Positions 1-12,069 of a stretch of DNA of 41,535 nt are shown piece after piece. The DNA comes from Octopus sinensis (taxonomy: Eukaryota): NCBI RefSeq assembly GCF_006345805.1, contig NW_021835252.1, positions 1-41,535 of the forward strand, given 5' to 3'. The position numbers were made by a program, and so were the translations under genes. Within the stretch, counting starts at the first letter, position 1; every line of letters begins with the position of its first letter. The notes under the pieces are model-generated. The model made no database searches. It was not told the DNA's origin and worked only from the letters and a program-made list of their open reading frames with translations.

Positions 1-382
1 TATACATACACACACACACACACACATACATACATATACACATACATATATATATATATACATAGTCACAGAGAGAGAGTGAGAGAGGGAAAGAGAGTCT
101 CATACTCATTTTGAAGTGGTTTTTCGTTTTTACACACGCGCGCATGCACACATACACCTTCATGCACAACCACTCTAATCATACGCATATCACAATTACC
201 AAACACATTCATCTCTTTGACAAATCTACAGAGAAACACTTGAATACAGCCGACTGCATTGACAGACAAACTGCTTCCTACTTGGACGTAAACATACCGA
301 GACGACTAGCAAACAATTTCAGCACTGCCCACGTCTATATACCTTCTGTTATGATAAGCTAACTAGGAAGCCTCTACACATT

Positions 383-545
383 CGTTTAACCTGCTAAAAA
401 GAGCAGTTAAAACAATTAGAAGGCTACATTAGGTGATGCTCTCCAGGATATGTATATAGTGCTAGAAAAGACAAACAAATATATAACTAAGCGAAACTGG
501 GATGATCATAGTTGGAATGGTGTTTATAATATTGTAGGTCACTTC
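383..545 (+). mobile_element. Family C interspersed repeat (SINE-like), degenerate copy
   Basis: CCTGCTAAAAAGAGCAG ... GGGATGATCATAGTTGGAATG matches motifs recurring at 12.1-12.5, 26.3, 28.4-29.0, 36.6 and 37.2 kb. Confidence 0.5.
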
Positions 546-1019
546 GGTGAAGACTCACTTTATGCAAACAACAAAAACACTTGCCTTCTTTTTTACGTAT
601 AGATTGTATGCAACATGCAAGAATGTACAACTGTTAGCATGTATATTTTTGCAGGACCTTCATACGTGCATCTGTTTTATTGTTTTTTCGTGTTTGTCGT
701 TTTTGCAAACAAGCTTACAACAGCTGGAATATGCTCTATCACTTTTTCTTTCCCCACCCCCTCTCTCTCTCTCTCTCTCTCTCTTTCTCCGTCTCCCCCT
801 CTCTCTTTCTCGCCACCTTATACACACTGCTTGCATAAAGCGAAAGGCCATTTCTCACTATAACTAAATCACCCCTTTCTTTCAACCGTCCGTCCCTATT
901 TCCACGATGTGGTTCAGTAGGAACAAATGATAGGAAGCTGGGCCGTTCGTTTACTTTGACGATTCGTAGTTTGCGAGTTCAGAACATTTTACAGAAGATT
1001 TTATTTTTCCATTATTTGG

Positions 1020-1212
1020 CTCCGGGTTCAGTCTCACTGCGTGGCATGTTGGGCAAATGCCTTCTACTATAGCATCGGGCCGACCAAATCCTTGTGGATA
1101 TATTTGGATGGAAAGTGAAAGCAGCCCGTCGTGTGTGTGTATGTGTGAGAGTCTGTGTGTGTGAATATATGTCTGTGTGAGTCTGTATGTGTGTGTGTAT
1201 GTGTGTGTATAA

Positions 1213-1271
<59 letters not shown>

Positions 1272-1510
1272 TGTATATGTGTGTCTTTGTGCCTATGTTT
1301 GTCCTCCACCACCGCTTGACAACCGGTGGTGGTGTCTTTACGTCCCCATAACTTAGCGGTTCAGCAAATGACACTGATAGCATAAGTACTAGGCTTACAA
1401 AAATATATATACAAGTTCTGAGGTCGATTTGTTCGACAAAAATCCTTTCAAGTCAGTTCTCCAGAATGGCCGCACTCCAATGACTGAAACAAGTAAAAGA
1501 TAAAAAAAGA
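1020..1510 (+). mobile_element. Family A tRNA-derived CORE-type SINE, 5'-truncated, with central (GT)n/(GATA)n tract
   Basis: B-box GGTTCAGTC, CORE-like TTGGGCAAATG, body TTTACGTCCCCATAACTTAGCGGTTC and tail TGACTGAAACAAGTAAAAGA, colinear with copies at 36775 and 39808. Confidence 0.9.
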
Positions 1511-1539
1511 TAAGTTACAAAGTACCATCATCAGAAATC

Positions 1540-1790
1540 AATTGACTTGACGGATAAGGTACATCTCTTTGTTTAACACCTCCATCTGATATCTTCGAAT
1601 GCCTTTCACGGTGTCCTTAATTTTGTAAACATTCTTATGACCTGTACTGTATGTAGCCTGTAGTTAAACCACAAGTCTTCGTTGCTTCACCTACCAATCA
1701 AGAAGGCCATGCGAAAAGGCTCATGGGTGTAGCCTTTCTCTATCTGTGATTAACGATAAAAAAAAAATCAACCGGAAGAAAAAATACATT
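1540..1790 (-). pseudogene. Very degenerate non-LTR (RTE-like) reverse transcriptase relic
   Basis: Manual minus-strand translation with frameshifts and stops gives QIEKGYTHEPFRMAFL ... DLW ... AFEDIR/GGVKQRDVPYP, in the order of the RT motifs IEK.EY..PLY.AFID ... LW ... GV.QG..LSP. Confidence 0.4.
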
Positions 1791-2240
1791 TATAGCCCAT
1801 TTAAGTTCACATAATAGCAGTCATTATGTTGTCTCTGACCAGAATACTTTACGCGTGTCTGTTATCTCCTTACTGTCGTGAATAGCAATGACAAATTTTT
1901 ATCTGCAATACATTAGTGAACTGGTCAAAGATTTGGCTCTTATCCACTTAACGCTTCGAAAATTGTGCTAAATAACGGTCTTATAGATCCCTCGAGGTTT
2001 CTAAAAGTATCACTTCTGTTTTTTAGGGTGCCTTCACACGGTATAACGTCAAAATATGACAAATATTACGGCTGTGTAATTAAAGAGAGAATCTCTTATA
2101 TTATATAACACTTACGTGATGTCCATCCAAATATACACTCACACACGACTGTATGTATGTATGTATGTATGTATGTATGTATGTATATCTATCTATCTAT
2201 CTATCTATTTATCTATATATGTATATATATTCTTTTTTTC

Positions 2241-2317
2241 TTCTTTTATTTGTTTCAGTCATTTGACTGCGGCATCGGTTGTCAAGCAATGCTAGGGGGA
2301 CAAACACAGACACACAA

Positions 2318-2350
<33 letters not shown>

Positions 2351-2520
2351 CATATATACGACAGGCTACTTTCAGTTTCCGTCTACCAAATCCACTCACA
2401 AGGCATTGTCGGCCCGGGGCTATAGCAGAAGACACTTGCCCAAGATGCCACGCAGTGGGACTCAACACGGAACCATGTGGTTGGTTAGCAAGCTACTTAC
2501 CACACAGCCACTCCTGCGCC
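2241..2520 (-). mobile_element. Family A SINE with an internal deletion of roughly 120 bp
   Basis: Reverse complement starts GGCGCAGGAGTGGCTGTGTGGTAAG (A box), contains the CORE motif and 3' tail; the body jumps from AACCGATGC to CGCAGTC. Confidence 0.92.
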
Positions 2521-2959
2521 TATTATGTTTATCCTCGAATCGATTTCATCTTTTGGTTTGAGTTCTACGGAGCAAGTCATAATATTTTGCCTGTATTATA
2601 TTCGTTTCTTTTAAGACAGTATGCTGCACAGCTTCTCATACAAAGGCGAAAACTGACGTGTGTGATGTTCGTGCTGAAGCCCGCTTTTTCGGCTTCGATT
2701 CTTGGTTGAAATCGTTTCACTTTATATGCACCATTATTTCCTTCCAAAAGACATAAACATTCTGGCTCAGGTGTAAAGTATTGAATTTGTTTTTGGTGGT
2801 TGTACGAGAGAATTAATGCTGAGCCCTCAGAGCTGCCGAACATAAGAGAAATACGTATAACATAGAGGTTGAGACTAACTAATGTCAGTTAGTCACTAGC
2901 TTCTTGGTTCTGGTAATTTTGATGTTGAGGGTGATAATGATTGTTGAGGCGTTGCTATA

Positions 2960-3088
2960 AATGGTGGTGTTGGTGTTGGTGTTGGTGATGGCCATGGTGA
3001 TGTAGATGACAATGAAAGTACTGATAGTGGTTCTTGTGGTAATGATGGTTGCTATAGCAGTGATGATAGCAGTCGCGATAACGGTAAC

Positions 3089-3148
<60 letters not shown>

Positions 3149-3255
3149 TACAAACGGTGTTGCTGGGTGCTGTGATAATGATAATAGTGGTGATGCTATT
3201 GGTGATAATTATGAAGGTGGTATTGATGCTGATGGACGTGGTAATGCTAATGATG
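2960..3255. repeat. (GAT)n/(GGT)n trinucleotide low-complexity tract
   Basis: Directly visible; source of poly-M/poly-H ORFs. Confidence 0.95.
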
Positions 3256-4454
3256 GCAGGATAATAGTGTATATTATCTGAGTCTGTTGCTCTCCTGTCT
3301 ATATAAGTGGTATGAATTGAGAATCTCAGCATATCTCCGTGAATGCAGCGCTGTGTTTGTGACAGTATAAGAACAGAAAACTATTCGACCGAGAGGTTAA
3401 TACACTTTCCAGCCTACAAATTTACTTCTTCAAACATAAAGTAGCATATTAGCCAAAGACAGCTCAAACAAAATTAAAGAGACATATTTTTATATAAGAA
3501 TATAGACAAACATTTCAACCTATCACACTGTGATAGAGCGCCTAACATGTAAATATGTTTGCACACGCTGACATACAGTCGAGGAGCGCTGTGCATTTCA
3601 ACAGTTACAATTTAGAAGTCATGTACATCGTTCGTTCTTTCCTTCTCTACTTCATTCATCCAATTTTCCTTTCTTTTTTCTTCATTCCTTTGTTCCTTCA
3701 TTTGTTTTTTTTTTCCTTCTTATATATATTTATCCATCTCTTCTATTGTTTCACTTTCTCTTTTGTTGCCATTTACTCTCTCCTTTGTCCCTCTAACTGT
3801 TTACATCTTCCTCTCTACGTCTACACACAAACACTCAAACTCTCCCTCTCTCTCCTTCTCTTTCTCTCTTTCTCTCTCCCTCTTTCCCTTTTTTCTCTCC
3901 AGTCACGACACGATATTAGGCAGTATGAGTGCGCATACATTTTTGATGAGGCACAAATGACGTGTACGTATACACATTTAATGCATATCTATTATTCACA
4001 AACACAGATACACCCGAACACAATCACCCGTACATGCACACGCATGCACTTACACGAAAATATGCATCTACACACCAATGCAGTCATTTATATCACACAT
4101 AATCATGCAAGCAATTCATTTATTTATTGATTATTAATCAGGTTAACAAACTATCGACCGGTCCCAGCAGTTCACATCACAAAGGAAAGGTTAAAAAATA
4201 AAGGGATCTAAAATGTCCCCTTCATATATGATATCTCTGGACGGTTATTCTGAATGAGAGTCTGTGTGTGAGTATTCGTGGCAGTGGATACATATGTATG
4301 CATATATACATATATACAATAATATATGTGTGTATGTATGTATACACACACGCGCACAAACCCCACTATGTACATGGGCACAAACACGAATACACAGATG
4401 CATATAATATTCACAGCTGACCCTCCTTAAGTTGAGGTTTCTCGAGATTACATT

Positions 4455-4474
4455 TATCTATCTATCTATCTATC

Positions 4475-4548
<74 letters not shown>

Positions 4549-4563
4549 ATCTATCTATCTATC

Positions 4564-4635
<72 letters not shown>

Positions 4636-4775
4636 TTACAGGCACACATGTGCATATATATGCATGTGTGTGTAGATATACATGCGTGTGTGCGCGTGCG
4701 TGTGTGTACGAGTATGTGTGTATGTACGTGTGTGTGTGTGTACGAGTGTGTGTGTATGTGTGTGTGTGTGTGTGT
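4455..4775. repeat. Compound (CTAT)n-(TA)n-(GT)n microsatellite
   Basis: Directly visible. Confidence 0.95.
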
Positions 4776-5032
4776 ATTAATGAGTATATCACCCGCTGTT
4801 AGGTTGACCAGGCTTCAAACAGTGAAGTCAACATTACGTTAAGCCAAAGTGCAAAGTTCAACAGGAATGTCTTTTGTGTGAGTTTATTTAGGATTGGTTG
4901 GCTTTTTAGCAAGTCGTTTTATGATGAAACTCTTTACATTGGCGTCCTAAATATGTGTGTTTCATGTGCATAAAAAAGTAATATTAATAAGTTACTCACC
5001 ACAATGCATATATATGCGCTTTGTTTTTAATC

Positions 5033-5033
<1 letters not shown>

Positions 5034-5097
<64 letters not shown>
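5034..5097. repeat. (TTA)n microsatellite
   Basis: Directly visible. Confidence 0.95.
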
Positions 5098-5100
<3 letters not shown>

Positions 5101-5110
5101 TCGCGTTCAT

Positions 5111-5335
5111 AAGGCGGGGTCTCGCAGAATTGTTAGCATGCTTGGCACAATGCTTAGTCGGTATTTCGCCTTTTATTACGTACTGAGTTCAAATGCCGCC
5201 AGGGTCGACTTTGCCTTTCACCCTTTCGGGTTGATAAAATAAGTACTAGTTGAGCAACTGAGGTCGATAAAATCGACTTAGTCCATCTCCCGAAATTTCT
5301 GGCCTCGCGCCTGTAGTAGAAAGGATTGTTATATT
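5111..5335 (+). mobile_element. Family B tRNA-derived SINE with Meta-like central domain
   Basis: AAGGCGG start, B-box GAGTTCAAATGCC, domain GACTTTGCCTTTCACCCTTTCGGGTTGATAAAATAAGTAC; colinear with the reverse copy at 31195-31431. The Meta-domain name is from memory. Confidence 0.85.
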
Positions 5336-5344
5336 TACGTTTAT

Positions 5345-5585
5345 AAGGAAACGGGCTGGCGGAATTGTTACCGCACCGGGATGGGGTGGGGTGGGGGAAT
5401 GCTTAGCGGAATTTCTTTCGGCCTTACGTTCTGTGTTCAAAGTTCGCAAGGGTTCTACTTTTCCTTTCAACATTTCGGAGTCGATAAAATAAGTAACACT
5501 TGAAAATTGTAGGGTCGGTGTAATTGACTTGACTTCCTCCGAAATTGCTGGTCTTTTGCAAAAAATTTGAAACCATTACTATATT
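5345..5585 (+). mobile_element. Family B SINE, older tandem copy with G-rich insertion
   Basis: CTGGCGGAATTGTTA, GTTCTGTGTTCAAA, CCTTTCAACATTTCGGAGTCGATAAAATAAGTA, GAAATTGCTGG colinear with the preceding copy. Confidence 0.8.
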
Positions 5586-5690
5586 CAGGTTTCGGCAGCG
5601 GTTGACATTCCCTTTAATCCTTTAATCGACTAAACCTTACTTCTCCTACAAATCATGTAACCTTGGAATTAAGTTTCAGATCATTGTTAC
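5586..5690 (+). mobile_element. Family B SINE, short degenerate fragment
   Basis: GGTTGACATTCCCTTTAATCCTTT and TAATCGACT motifs. Confidence 0.45.
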
Positions 5691-6704
5691 TGGGGGCAGT
5701 AGATCACAGGCACAAGATACACAACCGATGACGATCGAAATGCGGTGCATATATCCAAATACTGAAACATCTATTATCACTAAAGATGAAGTGAATACTT
5801 CGAAAAAATGACAATGGTATTAATTCATCTCCAGGCGTTTAGACGTTAATGGTTTGACTTGGATAAAAAGCTTGAAACTTCTTTTTTTTTTCTTTTTTTT
5901 TTTTGCATAACGAATATTTCTTTACTTAGCTTACAGTCATGATCTAACAATAAGTTACGTATTGTCAGACGGCGATCTGACCGAATCGTTAGCGTACTGA
6001 AAAGATTGCAGTTTTCGTTTCTGCTCTCAGCACTGGAATGCCACCGAGGAATCCTTTCGGGATTGTTAAATAATGTACTTAGACTTGTGCGGGGGGGGGG
6101 GTCGATCCTTTTCTTCTACAATCTTCCCATTCTGAAAGAAATCAGTAGTATCCAACGTGCTCTGTCACAACTGCATCGTGTGCCACAGCTTGCATACCCG
6201 AAACTCCATCAAGAATTGAGGGCCAGAAGCAATCATAAAAAAGAGTCTCACAGTGATAAATTTCACAACTTGGTTTCCGTAATTGATTGTTGGAATTACG
6301 CCGAAAAAACAAGGAACTTTGTAGCTTCCAGTAAAACTTTTTTTATACGACACAGGAAGACTAAAGTTTGTTGTCATCCAGGCTTTGAGTAATTAGATTG
6401 CAATTCGTTGGCTGCTTTCAGAAAGGCATGAACAACAACCAATCTCATTTCTCCATAGACATGTATTATGTAGAGAATTCCCTATAAGTTCCCTATAAGG
6501 AAGTACTAAATTTTATTTATCCCGCACCTCCTTGTCTCTAGCTAGACCTTTCAGTTATAAGAAATGCATTAGAAAAAATAAATTTACAAGAAAAAGGAAA
6601 CAAAAAACGAAACAAAAACATAAAAGAGAAAAAAAAAACGGGAATTTTAAAATATCGCAAAGCAAACAAAAAAAAAACACGCAAAACAAACCCCAATTTA
6701 AAAT

Positions 6705-6762
6705 AAATAATAATAATAATAACAACAACAAAAACAACAACAACAATAATAATAATAATAAC

Positions 6763-6815
<53 letters not shown>

Positions 6816-6823
6816 TAATAAAT
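6705..6823. repeat. (AAT)n/(AAC)n microsatellite
   Basis: Directly visible. Confidence 0.95.
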
Positions 6824-8532
6824 AATGGAAAATACATAGCCCCATGTTACTTCCTCATTCAGTAGTTTCTCTTGGATAAGCTTCCTCATGAATTTTCCCT
6901 CCCACTTCGCATCTCTCAATCACAAACAGAATTCATCTTTTCCAAGTTATTTCACACACCCCTACCCACACACCGACCACACGCTACTGCGCACCATCAT
7001 CTCCCACTTCGCACCACCTGCTCGTATCACATAACATTTGTGTTTGCCCCCCATGTGATGTTCACCCTCCACTATTAACCCTTTCCTCTTCCTTCTTTTT
7101 TCTTTATTTTTATCATTATTATTTTTTTTTCTGGAGAGAGGTGGCGTGTCGTATTAACCGTTTCTGTATTATTTAGTTCCTTCGTTTTTTTCCCCCCATG
7201 TTCTCCTTGTAAGCTTCTCCATCTCATGAACACATAACTTTTTTTTTTCTATTAATATGATTATTTGTCGCTTTTTTCCTAGGGTGGAGTTAAATCTTCC
7301 TAACGTATATATTTCATTGTATTTTAAAAATTTATTCTGTATTTATTTTATTCTTTTACCTTCCTATCCCTAGGGGTGCTACATCATTCTTCAATCTCTT
7401 TTGCTTGTATTTCATCTGCAAATCCTTCTTTCCTCTTGCCTTCTTCCATACTTCCATCGATTCTTCAATTTTTCTCTTTCCAGCTTCTCTCCTTCTCTCT
7501 CTCCCCCTCTCTTTCGTTCATTCTTTCTTTTTTTTCTCTCTGTCCCATTTGCTTCTTGCAACTTGCAAAGATTTACTGACGCCGCCACTAACAACCACTG
7601 CAACAACCACCACCATTACTACCACCGCAACCACGGATAGTCAACCACACCACTACCTGCTCATGTACTATCCCAACAACCACAATATTACATGCACAGC
7701 GTATACGCACTGCGTACACCACCTCACTATCATCACCGCCACTACTACCACAACCATCACCATCACCATCACCACTAACAATAACAACAACAACAACAAC
7801 AGCAAGGGAAGTTTGCACTACTGTCACCCTTGACGTCATCAGTATGCTTATACCCGTCACTGCTTCCACAGTAATCATCTATATCTTTGCTAACCCGGGG
7901 CTACATAGTAACAAGAATGGCCGCTGTATCATTGATAATTTCTTCATATGTGGGTAATACTACCACACCACACCACACCATGAAATAAGTAAAGTATGAG
8001 TCTGATGGATTGAATATACATTAATACACGGCTGTCTGGTATTTATTTCATCAACCCTGCAGATATAAAATGCATAATGTGGGATTTGAACACGGAACCA
8101 CAAAGAACGTAACTTTAAAAATTCTAGACATACTCTGCGGTGTCTGCCATTTTAATAGCGTTATTTTTAATGGTATTTCAATGATTTTGGTACAAAGCTG
8201 TGAAAGGGAGAGAAGTGTATCATCTGCAGTTAATGGCATTAGAGTATATTGAACAATTTGCGCGTGCTCATGTCTATACGCGTGTGAGTTATGTAGTCTT
8301 TTATTAATTACAGTATTTAATTACTATGTATGCAAAGTAACGTGAGAGCCTCTACACCCTCACTTGACCTTCTAGACATAACAGACAAATCTCTTTCAGA
8401 TCAGAATGTATCCCCATAAAAAATGGGTCACGTTGGATAACGTGGTCTTGTGTTTTATGCTGATAGGGAAAATATAAGAATGATTTAATCATAATCATGT
8501 GTATTGTGTATGTGTGTGTGCGTGCGTGCTGT

Positions 8533-8564
<32 letters not shown>

Positions 8565-9047
8565 GTGTGTGTGTGTCTGTCTGTCTGTGTGTGTGTTGGT
8601 GACAACAGCGAGAAGTTCACCGCCACGCCACAAATAAATCCATCATCTCATCAAACTTATGGACAGAAAATGCCATTAATATCTCCAGATCTGTTAGAAA
8701 TAGGAAGAAAAAGAAACTCGCAAATTACTCAAGGCTGTTTTGAAAAATGACGCTCACATTAGACGATGAAAGAAAAGAAAACGAGATTACCGTACCAAGA
8801 ACAGTTTTCATTATAAAGATTTACACGAGCAGAGCTGGTTCGGAACTTATCAAATGCCCCTGCCATTCGATTTTGCTATATCATATAATTTATGACTAAT
8901 AGCTTTCTTGCTAATAAGTTTCCTGCATTTTGATGTCAGAGTAGAAAAGTGTTTGTAGCTTTGCACAGAACAAATAACGCAATGGAGATCCTTGGAAGAG
9001 CAACAGATTTCTTGCCGATACACATGATACGTAGCTACTCCACTTTC

Positions 9048-9128
<81 letters not shown>

Positions 9129-9135
9129 CGTGTGT

Positions 9136-9166
<31 letters not shown>

Positions 9167-9169
9167 ATA

Positions 9170-9640
9170 GACGCAGGCGTGGCAGTGTGGTAAGAAGCTT
9201 GCTTCCCAACCATATGGCTCTGACTTCAGTTCCACTGCGTGAAACCTTGAAAGAAGTCTGTCGTTTGTGTGTGGATATATATATATATACACCCATATTT
9301 ATACATATATGTATGTATATATACAGAGTGTCCCCAAAATTTTGACATCATTTCATCAACTAATAATCTCAAATGTCAAATTTTGGAGGACAAACAGAAA
9401 CACACACACACACACATATATATGTATATTTCTCTGTGTGTGTGTATCTTTGTCGCTATACTTGTCCCTCACTGCCGTTTGACAACCGGTGTCCGTGTGT
9501 TTACGTCCCCGTAGCTCAGTGGTTCGGCAAAAGAAACCAATAGAAGTACCAGTACTGGGGTCAATACAAGTGACTAAAAAAAAGATTCTACACGACGGTG
9601 CTCCAGCAAGGTTGCATTCTAATAAGTGAAACAAGTAACA
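9170..9640 (+). mobile_element. Family A SINE with CORE-region deletion and an internal inverted-repeat insert
   Basis: GACGCAGGCGTGGCAGTGTGGTAAGAAGCTTGCTTCCCAACCA head; jumps CCTTG to AAAGAAG; body TTACGTCCCCGTAGCTCAGTGGTTCGGCAAAAGA; tail TGAAACAAGTAA. Confidence 0.85.
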
Positions 9641-10039
9641 GTTTAAAAGGGTGTGAAAATATTTATATATATATATATGTATGTATGTATGTGTGCGTGC
9701 GCTTACATATACAGGTGTGTGCATATGTGTACGTATGTGAAAACATATAGACACACTTTCCAACAAATTGTTCAATGTGCAGCAAAACCCATTCCACTAT
9801 GATTTAATAGTATCAACAAGGCGACAACACTAATCCGCCCTCACCCTACCTCTATCACAGCCATAACTACCGCTCTTTCTATTACCGCATTAAACAACAA
9901 CATTAGGAGAGCGCTATGCTTGATGTTATCACCTCCACTTACCTAATTTATAGCTGATATCTATACCCCATCCATGTATACGTGTGTGCGTGTGAGTATG
10001 TGCTTGTATATATATGTATGTATGAGTGTATGCATGTAT

Positions 10040-10134
10040 GTGTATATACAATATATATATTGTATGTACATATATATAGTTGCTATATAATATAATATAT
10101 ATATATATATACATATATTATAATATGTATATAG

Positions 10135-10201
<67 letters not shown>

Positions 10202-10240
10202 TATGTATGCATATATATATATATATATATATATGTATGA

Positions 10241-10284
<44 letters not shown>

Positions 10285-10298
10285 GTATATATAGATAT

Positions 10299-10332
<34 letters not shown>

Positions 10333-10420
10333 TATATATATATATATATATGTTGTATATATATATATGTATGTATGTATATATATTATATATATATCTA
10401 TATATATATATATATTATAA

Positions 10421-10454
<34 letters not shown>

Positions 10455-10500
10455 GTAGGTATATGTATGTATGTATGTATTTTGTATGTATGTATGTATA
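10040..10500. repeat. Long imperfect (TA)n/(TATG)n tract
   Basis: Directly visible. Confidence 0.95.
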
Positions 10501-11642
10501 CGTGAAATAATCCGTTGTGACTATTTTTTTCTCCTATTATGTGCTGAAGTTGTGTGCATACTGCTTTCTTAACAAAGACCGCATCATCATCATCATCATC
10601 ATCATCGTTATCACCATCACCATCATCATAATCATCATCACTGTCAGGGTCAGCAGCAGTAACACCATGACCAGCTGCAGCAAAACCAGAAGCTGCAACA
10701 GCAGCAACAACATCAACGTTATCATCACTAGCTGCATAATTATCGTTAAAATAATGTAAAAAATAAAATTTTTAAAAATGAATAAAACAAAACAAAACAA
10801 AACAAAACACCAACATCAGCAGAAATTAGTCCGTAATGTCAACTCAAAAAAAAAAACATTCACCAACACCGAAGCACCACCACTACCACCACTCCCACCA
10901 CAACCACAACTACTACCACAGCTCCTCCTCTTCCTCTTCTTCCTCCTCCTGCACTCTCTGTGAGTCTCCCTGCATGTTCTTTCTTTTCTCCAGTTTCTGT
11001 ACCGATCATTTCTGTGGTTATTGTAATGTTACTACATCGAGCCACCACTACCACCACTACCATCACAACCACCAAAACCACCAAAACCACCACCACCACC
11101 ACCACCACCACCCACCCACCACCCCTCCAACACACCTCCAACACAACTCCACCAACACCAGCACTAGCACCAGCACCCCCACAACAGCGACAACTGCAGA
11201 CATGTTTCCCCCCACCTCCTACCCGCCCATCTTCAGCCAATCAAACAACATTTAACATTGATGCTAACCATCACATGACCAACATTACCATTATCACTGT
11301 CAGCACCGATTAAAAAAAAATAATAAATAAAAGGAAAAAAAAAAAAATTAATTATTGTTGTTATTGAGGTTTATTGTTTTGATGTGGTTATCGTCATCAT
11401 TATAACTGCTGGTATAAACTCTGAATACGGTTAGTACTCGTCGACCAGTACTCACAGACTTAGTACTCACCGACCTCTTACCGCCACAACCATTATCGCC
11501 GAAACCACCGGCATCATCGACAGGGGTGCCTAATCAATGAAGGAGCTTCTTGAATGGTCTGCTAGAAATAGCAGTAAAATCGCCCTAAAATCTCACCTAC
11601 ACATAGACACATACGCACTCTCACACACACACATATATATTA

Positions 11643-12018
11643 TCTTTTACTTGTTTCAGTCATTAGGCTGCGGCCATGCTGGGGCACTGCTTCGTAGAAT
11701 TTTAGTTGAACGAATCGACCCCAGGACTTTAAAATTTTTTAAACCTAGTACATATTCTATCAGTGTCTTTTGTCGAACTGTTAAGTTATGGGGACACAAA
11801 CACACCAACATCGGTTGTCAAGTGGTGGTGGAGTAGAAACACACACACACACACATTTATTTATTTAACCGACGGGCCTTTTCCTGTTACCGTCTACTCA
11901 ATATGGTCAGCCCAAGGCTATAATAGAAGACACTTGCCCAAGGTGCCACTCTGTGGGACTGAAACATGAGCTATGTGGTTGGGAAGCAAATTTCTTATCA
12001 CATAGCCACACCTGCGCC
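11643..12018 (-). mobile_element. Family A SINE, near full length, diverged
   Basis: TCTTTTACTTGTTTCAGTCA (tail) through GAAGACACTTGCCCAAGGTGCCAC (CORE) to CACACCTGCGCC (head), reverse orientation. Confidence 0.9.
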
Positions 12019-12069
12019 TATATATATATGTATATATATAAAACTATAAATTAGGGTATCTGAGAGATA

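Noticed and set aside
6006-6392. 128-aa non-repetitive ORF, faintly like a mariner/Tc1 C-terminus
   Set aside because: No intact catalytic motif, no ATG start or splice support; resemblance too weak to call
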